Shown in pieces: positions 11,739 to 23,051 of a stretch of 64,000 bases of DNA. This DNA is from Trichodelitschia bisporula (Eukaryota), in NCBI GenBank assembly GCA_010356995.1, contig ML996688.1, forward strand, positions 620,001 through 684,000. The letters run 5' to 3'. The position numbers and the translations under genes were made by a program. Below the pieces are notes generated by a model. It saw only the letters and a program-made list of their open reading frames with translations, had not been told where the DNA came from and did no database searches. Position 1 is the stretch's first letter. Every line of letters begins with the position of its first letter.

Positions 11739-13487
11739 CTACTCCTGTGCCGTAGCTCGGCCCCATGCCGACTCCATGTCCAACTCCGGTATGGTATCGA
11801 GCCCGTTTACAGTCTCTGGCACGAGCTCCTCCACTTCGGCCGCCCGACCTGGACCAGCTGGCGTTGCGCCGGCTGTCGAAGTGGCAGGGTGGCTCGACGT
11901 TGATGCATTGTGCTCTAAGCCCTCCGTTGCAGCACCGGCATCCACCGGCTCGAAATCAAAATTGCTGCTGTACACGACAGCGGCAAACGCCTCGAGATCC
12001 TTGACGCCCTCCATAGCCGTCAAGTATTCGTTAGAAGCTCCACTTCCTATGATGTGAGCCTGCCGGCTGAAAATTGCCAGCGTGCTGGCGACCTTTGCTT
12101 TTGCTTCGGAACCAGGCCCGACGATTTCATGTACGCGGGCAGGATCGGCGGATGGCGGAGGTATCTTGTACGCCAAAGCGGCCACCTTGGTGTCGATGAG
12201 GAGAGAGAAGGCCGAATCGAGGATGAGGGTGAGGACGTGAGTGAAGGCCGGAGAATCGATAAGGTCAGAAGTTTCATCCAATAACCGGCGGAGGGCTGGA
12301 GAGCTGGGCGACGCTTCATTCGGGCCCACCATCCCAGAGGCTTGCAGCACATAATCTTCCTGATCAGTGGGAGGAAGAAGGCAACTCAGCCACTTATGGC
12401 TCCTGGTGTGCGGTTAGCCCCTGCTCCTGACAACAGATGATGCACGAACTTCCGTTCCTCCTCGGTGAACCCTTCGACCTTCTTGCGGACCAAGACCGTA
12501 AGCTCTGACAACCGCTGCAGCGTGATGTCCTCTCTCGGATTCAGAGGTCCAAACACCTCCTTGACTGCGGCAGTCACCTTCTCAATGATGTCCTTGCACC
12601 CCCTGTGGAGCAGCCACCAGCTGAAGGACAGGTATTTCCGATTGGTATCGAAATCGTTGCCATATGCTTGGTCAAAGTTGTCGTCATCATGGTTCTCGAG
12701 ACTGATGCCCGACTCCTGGCGGGGGGGCGAGGCAAGGGAGACGACACTTGCAAGATAGTTGCGGCGGCCCAGAAGATTAAGCTGGATCCGGGTCAGGAGC
12801 GCGAGAAGGGCCAAAGTATAGACGAGGCTGAAGGCGCGAGCGATTGCTAACGGGATGAGCTGTGCGAAGTGCAGACGGGGCGAAGAACTCACAAGTGATC
12901 TTCATATCATTCCACAGCTGTGCCTTGCTCTTCTTGGACCGCAATGGTGGGGGTCGTAGCGAAGCATCGCCAGGTGCAATTCCAGCCTCGGCCAGTTGGC
13001 TGGCATGGACGTAGCTGTCGCTCTGGAAGCTTGTCAAGCTCCGTTGATCATCCTCGGTCACGCTAGGCGGCGCTGATGGTTGGTCGACGGTTGACACCTC
13101 TGACGCGCCGACGCTCTTTGACAGCCTCTCGGCCTTTTGTCTCTGCAACTCCCCCAGGATTTGTTCTACAGGCAACGCTTCGAGGACATTCTCGGTGGCG
13201 GTAGGAAGGATGGCGAGCACGGTAAAGGTGCAGTCTTCTTGATTCTGCTCGAAGCGGCGACGAAGGCTAGACACGAGCATCAGCATTTGTGAGAGGACAG
13301 CTTCGGACATCAAGTTTCAAATGCCATACTTTTCCTTTGCAATGCGATCATCGCTCATGCGCTGCCTCGTCTCCACCACCTTTCCCAACACATAGTTGGT
13401 GGCCAGATAGCCAGCACCGAGGACACCAGCGCCGATGGCGAAGTTGGCGCGATTACGCTTCAACCATTGGCGTGCGGACGCGATCAT
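11739..13487 (-). CDS. PEX3: Peroxin-3, peroxisomal membrane biogenesis (4 exons)
   Basis: N-terminus MIASARQWLKRNRANFAIGAGVLGAGYL (basic stretch plus TM); 'LRRRFEQNQEDCTFTVLA', 'LLTRIQLNLLGRRNYL', 'LSFSWWLLHRG', 'LLDETSDLIDSP', 'FAAVVYSSN'. Confidence 0.95.
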
Positions 13488-14137
13488 TGTGATAGCTCAA
13501 CACGGGGTCATTAGACGCGCCAGGGTTTAGTGAGGAGAAGTCGTGAGGCGCGGGATGTGGAGCGGGGAGGAGTTCGTGGAGGTTTCTTTGGATGAATTGT
13601 GCTGTACAAGGGGGTTGGTTGGAGGTGCGTTCGAGTCGATAGTATAGGGCTGCGATTCGTCGAGATTGGGCGTTATTTTCTACTGGATGCACTGGATGTT
13701 GTTTGAGCCAGCCTCTTCTTTTCGTCTCGTTCGTCACTTTTTGGGGGGGGCGAGCTGTTGCTCAGTAAGGATTAGGACAAGTCTGTCCCATGCGCCGGGG
13801 ACCGATAGGTAAGGGTATGTGTGTGTGCGTGTGTGTGTGGTAGGTGGGCGATGCGGCGGTGCGGCCGAGGCCCAAGGGAAATGCGCGTGAAGGTGACCGG
13901 CAGCCCATTACTGGGCCACAAGCCGCTTCATACTCTCTGGGAGAGGCTATGGAGCTTCGAGAGCGTGGAGCTTCTCCAGCTCTGCCATGAACCGGGGGGC
14001 ACGAGGTGCATTTACTACGGTACGATTGCGTCCATTCTGTGGCTGGTGACCTTTTTCCCCATTATTCCAAGGAATCGGAGATCGTCTGCTTCTGCTGCTT
14101 CGCTTCTTTTTGCGGGGGAAGAAAAAGACACCGTGGG

Positions 14138-14304
14138 AGACATGCAGACATACAGACGTACAGACATACAGACATACAGACATACAGACATACAGACATA
14201 CAGACATACAGACATCCAGACATCCAGACATCCAGACATCCAGACATCCAGACATCCAGACATCTAGACATCTAGACATCCAGACATCCAGACATCCAGA
14301 CATG
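14138..14304 (+). repeat. 8-bp minisatellite (AGACATAC/AGACATCC), about 20 units
   Basis: Directly visible tandem array; it produces the repetitive 'TDIQTYRH/PDIQTSRH' spurious ORFs. Confidence 0.95.
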
Positions 14305-15181
14305 CTTCTCGCCAGCCACGACGCTTCTTCTGCCTCGTGCACCGCGACAAAAATGTCCAGTCCATTCCTACGGTAGCGGAGCATACCGACTCCCCTACCT
14401 CACCACCTCATCCCCTCATCCCATCATCCCCTCATTTCGTCACTCCGTCACCACCTCACCACATCGTCACCTCACCACCACTTATCATCTCACTACCGTA
14501 CCGTACGGTATGGTACCTGCCACCTTCTAGAAGCAGGAGGTGACTCCAGAATAGATAGGATGCTCCTTCTTTGGCGGAGTAACAAAGTACAAAAGGTTAC
14601 CGTAAGAGAGAGAGGAGTACGGAGTAGGAAAGCCCACAAACCTGCTTTGTTTGAAGGTGCAGCATCATCAATCATCTCGACCTACCGTACGAAGGTAGGT
14701 ATATATATGTCGGTAGCTGCAGCATCATCTCACCGCGCACAGCCAAACCCTCCAACCCCTCCCCCTCTACCTTTCTCCCCCTCCACCCTCTCCCCCTCCA
14801 TCCCAACTTCTCCAACCCCCCCTCCCCCTCCACCTCCCCTCCTTCTCTTCCTCCACCACCCCCACCCCCCCGCCCCGCCGGCCACCATTCACCCCGACGG
14901 AAAGCACCGCCACCCCGCTCTCTAGACCAATTGTCATCTAGTATTTGAGATCTTGGCCGAAAGCCCACCCCCCACTTTCCCTACGCTTTTCCCCTCCGTC
15001 ACTGAACTGACCACATTCCCGCGTTTCCTTACAAACCACCACCACAACCCCCCCTCACCTCATCCTCCCAATTGCTTCAGTTTTCGCCTGCGCCTTTTCT
15101 CGTTTTGGTCGCCTTCATCCTTTGAGTGGCCTCGTAAAAACGTTGAGCGACCTGAGCGACGCTCAGCCTCATTGCGTGGCC

Positions 15182-15910
15182 ATGGACCAACGCCGGCTCC
15201 CCGTCCCAGAGTATACGCTCGACATTTTCGCCGACCCCACTTGTGTCAAGGACATCGTCAAAGGTATCTCCCGCCCTTTTGTCTCGTTCTCCGTAACTCA
15301 AACTAATTGCGCTCTGCCTTCAGCTATCCTCCACACAATTTTCTTCCACCGCTACTTCATCCCGACGGTGCCCCTGACGCGCGATGTGCTGGACCAAACC
15401 CTCCCTGCCATCGATGATGTCGATCTCGAGACCCTGATAGACCAACGCGCCACGTCCCTCGTCCGCGCACTAGATACCTCTGGAGCCGCTGTCGGTACCG
15501 TTCCGCGTGCGGGTCAGAGCGGACGTGCTCAGCTCGTCGTTCAGTTCTTCGAAAAGAAGCGAAGAAAAACCTACTTCTTCGGGAAAGCGGATGAAGAGGT
15601 TTGCTGGGAGCAATGGGCCATAGACGTCACGGCTGCAGCTCCGCGAACAGAGACCGGTAAGAAAGTGGCGGATGATGACTCCCGGCCGGTTAGCGTCGGG
15701 CCCAGCTGACATTTGCGCCTAGATCGGATCAAAGTCCGCAAAGCCATGGAGAAGAGCCTGCACAAGGCAGCCATCAAGATTGTGACCATTGTCAACCAGC
15801 ACAAGGAACACATTCCGCCCATCACCACTACCGAAACCAACCCCTTCCCTTATCAGATCTTGATCAACCCCAAGACTGATGGCTGGGGCCCGCGCATGGG
15901 CATCTTCTAA
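15182..15910 (+). CDS. ATG101: Autophagy-related protein 101 (HORMA domain), 3 exons
   Basis: 'ILHTIFFHR', 'VQFFEKKRRKTYFFG..EEVCWEQW' (WF-finger region) and 'KEHIPPI....NPFPY'; two GT-AG introns (~15264-15323, ~15657-15722). Confidence 0.92.
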
Positions 15911-16291
15911 CAATGTGCCGCCCCAAAAAAAAAGTATTTGAACTGGCCGGGGCTCCGCATTTTGCTTCAACATCTTGCGTGCGGTGGATGCCTGCCCTGA
16001 AAAAGCACGGCGTTCTGGTGGAATTCTGACGACGACATGTACATGAAAAAGATACCCCATAACTCATCAAAAAGATTCTTTGATTGTGGTTCCAGATCCT
16101 GTTGGATTGTGGCAACGGTTCGGCGACTGTTGCGTGGGGTGGACGAAGCTTAGCATCACAATAACATTCGATGCTTCCAGATGACTAGGAAGATGCAGTG
16201 CTTCGTTTTCACCTTTCCCAAGATCTCGCTGTACAACAATTATCCACGTATACGCCAACGGGATCCGCATCCCAGTCGCTTTTGCGCGTCT

Positions 16292-17742
16292 CTAGGTCCG
16301 GTAGTCGCCGTTGATGGTCACATATTCGTGACTGAAGTCGCACGTCCAGTACACCGCCTCCTCGCCGGGCGTGTTGCTCAGCTTCACAAGAATCTCCAGG
16401 TCCTCGGCCTCCAAGATCTCCGCCGCCCGCTCTTCGTCCACCTTCTCCGGCTCGCCGTTGACGAGCAACTTCAGCTCGGGGCTGCCATCCGTGGGGATGA
16501 AGCTCACGCTCGTCTCTGTCGGCACCACGCTCTCAACCCCTTCAGCATAACCAGTTGCGCAGAGAATGCGGCCCCAGTTTGCATCCTTGCCGTAAAGGGC
16601 CGTCTTCACTAGCGGAGAGCGCGCGATCGATGCCGCTACCCGCTTGGCGTCCTCATGGCGCTGAGCATTTATGACCTTGATGGTCACGAACTTGGTGGCT
16701 CCTTCGCCGTCACGGACGACAAGCTTCGCCAGGTCCTCGGAAAATGTCGTTAGCGTGTGCTGCATCTCCTTGTACCCGAGACTCTCGGGCCCAGTGATGG
16801 CAGAGCCGCCTGCCGCACCGTTGGCCAGGATGGCAACGGTATCGTTGGTACTGGTATCGCCATCGATGGATATGCTGTTGAAGGACTTGTCGACCGCCGA
16901 CTTCAGGAGCGAAGACAAAGCCGGGGGCGCAATGGGGGCATCGGTACAGAGAATTCCGAGAAGGGTCGCCATGTTGGGGTGGATCATGCCTGCCCCTTTT
17001 GTCATGCCCACGAGGCTGTATGTGGTATTTGGGGACGAAGGGAGGGTGAACTGGCGCGAAAGAAGCTTCGGGAAGGTGTCGGTGGTGCATATCGCACGCG
17101 CAGTACGGAGCCAGTGCGAGTGGGTGGAGCCGAGGTTGGAGTAGGCAGACGGGATCTTGTGGACAATTTTGCGGATCGGAAGCCTGTCAGCCAAAGGCCT
17201 TGAGTCAACATCTAGTCCTAAGTAGCAAGGAATCCATACCTCTGACCGATGACTCCCGTGCTCATGACAAGCGTCCTGCTGCCCTTTCCATCCGAATCGT
17301 ATTGCTCGTCAAAGCAGCGATCGGCCTCCTCACTCATGCGGATCGCATCCTCCACTCCGCCCTTCCCAGTAACGGCATTGGCGCAGCCGGAATTGACCAC
17401 CACACCGCGGATGCCGCCGCCGACTCTGCGCACCAGCATGTCTCGTGAAACGGTGACCGGCGCAGCCTGGAACTTGTTGCGGGTAAAGACGGCAGCGGCA
17501 GCGCAGGGCCGGTCTGAGGCCACGAGCGCGAGGTCATCGAAGCGGGTGTTGGATGCCTTGACGCCCACATGCGCTGATGCGACGACGAAGCCTTGTGGGT
17601 AGGTCCCGCTCGTGGGGACGTACTTTTGCTTTGTGGGGGGAATTGCGCCCTCGCCTGGCGCTGAATATGCCCGCGTCGTGGGGCTCTGGCGGAGGAGAGA
17701 GCGGGGGAGGAGGGCGCGGGGACTGGGGGGTTTGAAGGCCAT
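16292..17742 (-). CDS. ARG7: Ornithine acetyltransferase/ArgJ family, mitochondrial (2 exons)
   Basis: Arg/Ser-rich presequence; '[12 protein letters not shown]', '[10 protein letters not shown]', 'STGVIGQ', 'TTDTFPK', autocleavage motif '[12 protein letters not shown]', 'DGDTSTND', 'RDGEGATK', 'ANWGRI', C-terminal 'INGDYRT'. Confidence 0.97.
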
Positions 17743-18183
17743 TGTGGAGAATTTTTGGGGATGGAGGGCTTGGGTCGGGTACGTATCTATGCTGCTGCGA
17801 TGTGGAGAGGCCCTGCTTTGCGGAGGGGAGCTACTCGTATCTGTCGGAGAAAGGAATGTCCGACTCAATGCGGGGCAATTCGCCTGAGAAGAAGTGACGA
17901 GAGAGAGATGCACGGCTCGATTGAAGAGCAGTTACTGACGGCAGGTATGGACCTTGACCTTGAGGGAGTGATGAACTGGAGGGAAAGCCCGTTATCAGGG
18001 CGTGACTGGATATATGCGGCTCAGAGGCAGAAAAGCTTGTCCTGCAAGGCTGACTCTGACTTTTCCATCACATGTTCGAATTGACTCTTTCATGCTTAAA
18101 CTTTTGCTATGGATCTTCTGCTAGGCCATAATTGGCTAGAGAATACTGGAAGCTCTCCAAAGCGATTTCGGGGGAAGAGAATG

Positions 18184-18250
18184 TGTGGCCCGATCGAGTG
18201 GCCCGAAAGTGTGGCACAGGTCCGTACGGGTAGTTGTGGCGCCGTGGCGC
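18184..18250 (+). promoter_or_regulatory. Cluster of five GTGGC motifs upstream of RPN11 (possible Rpn4/PACE-like elements)
   Basis: GTGGC occurs 5 times within ~70 bp, about 210-280 bp upstream of the RPN11 ATG. The yeast PACE element is GGTGGCAAA. Function is inferred. Confidence 0.35.
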
Positions 18251-18461
18251 TTGCTTTCTGTTACACTTGAGTCCTCAGGCATCAAGTGACTTCAGGCACC
18301 GTTATTCAACTCCATAGCAAGCATCCCAAGCTCACCATCAACACCGCCACCACCCATCAGTCCCATCTCCGCCACTGCCGACCTTAACACCGTCGTATAC
18401 ACCATAGTTTCAACCTACGAGTCCGCCCATCCCCCTACTTTTACACGTCTCGGCCGCCACC

Positions 18462-19669
18462 ATGGACGAACGGTTCAACCGCATGCTGCAAGCCGCGCAG
18501 AGCATGCGCTCTGGAGGCGCCGGAGGTGTAAGTCTCCTTCCCACACCAAGTCTTTATGCTCCATCTCGCGGGGCAGAGCTGCGGTGATGAGATAGGGGTC
18601 TTGAACGTGCGTACAGTGCTAACACCGACAGGACTCCAACCTGATCGACAACTCCGAAACCGTCTACATCTCCTCGCTCGCCCTGCTCAAGATGCTGAAG
18701 CACGGCCGCGCCGGCGTGCCCATGGAAGTCATGGGTCTGATGCTGGGCGAGTTTGTGGACGACTACACGGTGCGCGTGGTGGATGTGTTTGCCATGCCGC
18801 AGAGCGGAACGGGCGTCAGCGTCGAGGCGGTCGACCCCGTCTTCCAGACCAAGATGATGGACATGTTGCGGCAAACGGGACGGTGAGAAAAACAGCGGTA
18901 TCTCGCTCAAGGCTCTATATACTGACGACTGAACAGGCCTGAGGTGGTGGTTGGCTGGTACCACTCGCATCCCGGCTTCGGCTGCTGGCTGTCGTCCGTC
19001 GACATCAACACCCAGCAGTCATTCGAGCAGCTCACGCCGCGCGCCGTCGCCGTCGTCGTCGACCCGATTCAGTCGGTGAAGGGTAAGGTGGTCATCGACG
19101 CCTTCCGCCTCATCAACCCGCAGACCATCATGATGGGTCACGAGCCGCGCCAGACGACGTCCAATGTCGGCCACCTCAACAAGCCGTCGATACAAGCCCT
19201 CATCCACGGCCTCAACCGCCACTACTACAGCATCGCGATTAACTACCGGAAAACGCATCTGGAGGAGAACATGTTGATGAACTTGCATAAGCACGTCTGG
19301 ACTGAGGCGCTGGAGATGAACGACTTCCGGGTCGAGGGCGGGAAGAACCGCGACAGGTTAAACAAGCTTGTCTCGCTGGCTGAGGGCTACGAGAGGCGCG
19401 TCAAGGAGGAGTCAGAGCTCACCAAAGATCAGCTGAAGACGCGATACGTGGGCAAGATCGACCCTAAGAAGCGTACGTTTTGTGTTTCTCATGGCCACAG
19501 TAGCTAACAAGGCTCAGACATCGAGGACATCAGCCAGCAGCTACTCGAGGACAACCTCGTCGCCGTGTCGAAGCAGATGATCGACAAGGAGGCGTCGGTG
19601 CCGTCGGCCAACGCGGCGGGCAACGGGCACTCCAACGGCGGCGAGATGGAGATTGACGAGGAGCTGTAG
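18462..19669 (+). CDS. RPN11: 26S proteasome lid deubiquitinase Rpn11 (JAMM), 4 exons
   Basis: '[31 protein letters not shown]', JAMM motif '[14 protein letters not shown]', '[12 protein letters not shown]'. Confidence 0.98.
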
Positions 19670-19812
19670 AGGGGACGATGCCAGCAGATGCGTGGGTTAG
19701 ATCGACCGCTGTATAGTATCTAATGGCTATTCGGGTCCGGCTAGAACACGGTTGCATGGCGCTCAGGGCTGGGTTGTGGATAGCATATCAATGCGTGGTG
19801 AGTGTTTCCCTC

Positions 19813-21800
19813 TTACAGGTTTGCCTGCGTCGCTCCCCTCCCGTCCTCGCCCATGGCGATCTTGCGATCCCACGCCGCGCTCTCTGTCCACAAGCGCTCC
19901 AGATCTTCCCTCTCAGTACTCTTCCCCCTCTCGTATGCAACCCACCGCCACGCCACCTCCCGCGCAACCCCGTTCCCATCCCGCCGCGCGTCTTCCACCA
20001 GCAGCACCGCCGCAACGACCCACTCCAGTCCTTCTAGTACCCTACGACCACGATACTTGATCTCCTCCTCGCCACGCTCCCAAATCGCCTCCAAGAAGCG
20101 CACCTCGTGCCCAAGGGCCGCGCGAATGCCCTCCCACTCCGCCTCCCACGTGTCCGTATTCTCCTTCACCCATCTCACAAACGTACGCTTTGCCAGCGGC
20201 CCTTCTCTCCCACACACAACCCGCGCCACATCCGCAGCCATGACATCCATGGTGCCCTCCCAAATCGCATTCACGATCCCATCCCTCAGAAGCCTTGCCA
20301 CATTGATCTCCTGCTCATCTTCCACATATCCGACGCCTCCCATCGCCTCCACCGCTTTCACCAGCCCCGCAACCGCCCTATCCGCGCACCTCGCCTTCGC
20401 CACAGGGGTCAAAAGCCGGAGCAGCAAGCGAGCCCCCTCCGTACTTCCGACCAGACCTTTAATACCTGCCCTCCCAGATACAGAGTGGAATGACACCAGC
20501 CGCTCCACCACGCCCAGCAGCGCAACGACAAAAAAGGCCAGCGCCATCGCCCCAGCGTAGCGCACGCTCTCCGCCGCCAGCGCGCGCATATGCGCCGGCA
20601 CATCGACGAGCAATTTACCCTGGACCCTGCGCACGCGCGCCCAGGCGCGGTTAATCGCCAGCCCGCGGCCCCAGCCGCCGCACGCGCCGATGGCAGTTTG
20701 CACACGCGTGATGGTGAGTACGGTGGCAATCTCGCGCACGCCCGCGCCAAGCGCGCCGATGCGCCATGCGCGCATGTCCCGTAGGACTAACTCTGCGGTA
20801 GGAAGGGGCCGGGTGCCGAGCTTGTTCTTCAGGCGTTGGATGGAAACCCCGTTGGATTCGATGCCGCCGGCGGGGGAGGCACGATGCAACGGGGCGTAAA
20901 AGGCGCTTATCACGCCGGGTGCTTCGGCGGCGAGGAGAATGGTCATTTGTGCATCGGTTGCGCTAGAGAACCACTTGAACCCGCTGATGAGATACGGACC
21001 TAGGGCGTTGCCGTCGGCGTCTGTTCGCGGGTCATTTGGGCCGAAGGGTGCGAGGCGCGCTACTGTTTCTGTGTTACGGACGTCGCTGCCGCCTGGGCGC
21101 TCGGTCATCCACTGCCCGCTGGTCCAGGCGACTTTGGGATCCAGGTTGGTTAGGCGGGAAAAGGCGTGGGCGAAGACGGCACGTTCGAGTGAGGGGAGGG
21201 TGGGGTCGGATAGATGGCAGGAGAGGAGGGCGGCGGCGCCGTCAGCCATGGCTAGCGGACAGGAGGTGAGTGCGCACGAGGCGGCCCAGAGATGGTTAGC
21301 TAAGAACTGACTTGTGCGTGCTATGTATGTCGCGAAGGGGAGGTGGGGGGCCGCGACTAGGCCGCTACGTTGGGCAAGGCTTTGCAAGATCTGCCAGCCA
21401 GGGGGGGTGCGGAGGGTTTGCGTCGGCGCACCGAAGGTTGTGTGCGTTGCGAGAGTTGGGGGATGGGCTTCGGCGTTTGAAACGTAAGCGAAGATTTCCG
21501 GGGTGAGGATACTAGCGGCGAAGGGGGCGAGAGTTGAGTATAATGCCGGTTGCTCGGCTTTGGGGATGTAGACTGAGGAGTGTTAATTGTCTTCTGTGCG
21601 CGAGGAAGATGACACTGACACTCGAAGATGCGGCGCAAGAAGCGGTCTTCGTGTAATTGATTCTCAAGCTTCGGAGGTGTTTGGAAGAAGCCCTCGGTGC
21701 CGCTGGAGGGCTTCAATTCGCGAGGTAGGGCCATGGAGGCTTCCATGGTGGCCTTCAGTTCGGGAGGTGGGGTCATGGTGGCCTTCACGGTGGCCTTCAT
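19813..21800 (-). CDS. Acyl-CoA dehydrogenase, AidB-like (2 exons; start could be 21800, 21776, 21746 or 21734)
   Basis: 'SCPLAMADGAA', 'WTSGQWMTERPGGSDV', 'GFKWFSSA', 'RLKNKLGTRPLPTAEL', 'EAMGGVGY', catalytic 'IWEGT'; C-terminal ANL. Confidence 0.92.
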
Positions 21801-22368
21801 GGTGGCCTTCAGTTGGGGAGATGGGTCGTGGAGGCTTTCACGGTGGCCTAAGATTGCGGAAGTTGAGCTGTTGGAGGGGGGTGTATGGCTTTATGTATGA
21901 AGCGCTCGAGAGCAGAATCGACGGAAAGTCGGCGATGGCCATAGCTGACGCGGCTTGGTGACGTTAAAAGGCACGGGATATCGGAGGTGGAAGGTGGAGG
22001 TGGAGATGTGGGGGAAGTCCTTCGGCCTATCCCCCGCGTGTTCCTACCCCCGCACGCCGCCACCAGCTTGGCATCGTTCACATGCAAACCGACAAACATC
22101 ACCACATGGACACATCAGTGATCGCCACAGGCATTATTCCATTATTCTATAATTTCCCATTAGAGACATATCAATGTCTAGATTCTGTGGCACAGCCAAT
22201 TTTCCCAAGATACCAACCATATCTTAACGCCTGAAAGTGCAGAGAGAGTAAAGGGAAAAGCGGGCTTGCTCGAGCAACTTTGATCCGCCCATCTTCAGGT
22301 CTACCACCATCGATTCACTACTCCCGTCTTGAATCTTGCACTCAGCGAACTGGCGCCGAGGACACAGT

Positions 22369-23051
22369 TTAGACGGTCGACTTGACGTACGAACCGGCTT
22401 TCTTGTTCTTGAAGTGCAGCGTCGGCAGGAGGATGGACGAAGTCGCAAAGAGGATACTGGAACTAGTCAGCGACATTCCCACCACAGCCAGGAGGAGAAA
22501 CTTACGCAAGTGCAATGCTGAACCCCCAGATGGTCTTCGTCTCAAAGCAGTTGGACTTGCTCATGCCGCTCCAGAAGCGCAGGTCGAGCAGGCTGCCCTC
22601 CTTGTTCCAGTTCGCCTGCAGGTCGGCAAGCACGTCACCAGGGAATGCGTAGGTGCGGTTGTAGCAGTTGAGGTACGACACGGGCTTGCCGATGGACACG
22701 CTGACCACGATGAAGGCGATGAGGATCAGGAAGTCGGCGCCTGCCATGACGAACAGGCCCAGGTTGGCGTTGGCCCAGTAGAAGGAGATGCTGACCAGGG
22801 AGTAGAGCGTCGTGATGGCCGTCTGTGTGCGATGTTAGCGGCAGTGAAGATGGGGGTGTAGGATGCAGCAGGGAACATACGATGCTCAATGCGCCTACGA
22901 TCTCCTTGGATGGCTCATGGCTCGCCATGACCATCTCATTGATGAAGCTGCCCGTCAAGCCGAGGATGATGACAAGGAAAGTGACCTGCATCACGCGGAT
23001 CCCGAGAAAGGTCGCGCTGATGGGGGCGGCGCCGTAGCTAGGGATAGGCAT
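22369..23051 (-). CDS. MARVEL-like four-TM membrane protein (3 exons)
   Basis: Spliced product has four hydrophobic helices, an 'R..Q' motif in TM1, and a Cys pair (LNC...SNC) before TM4, as in fungal MARVEL proteins. Confidence 0.8.

Noticed and set aside
13821..14384. Several ORFs with striking TDIQTYRH / MSGCLDVW repeats
   Set aside because: Translation artefacts of the 8-bp minisatellite, which is open in many frames.
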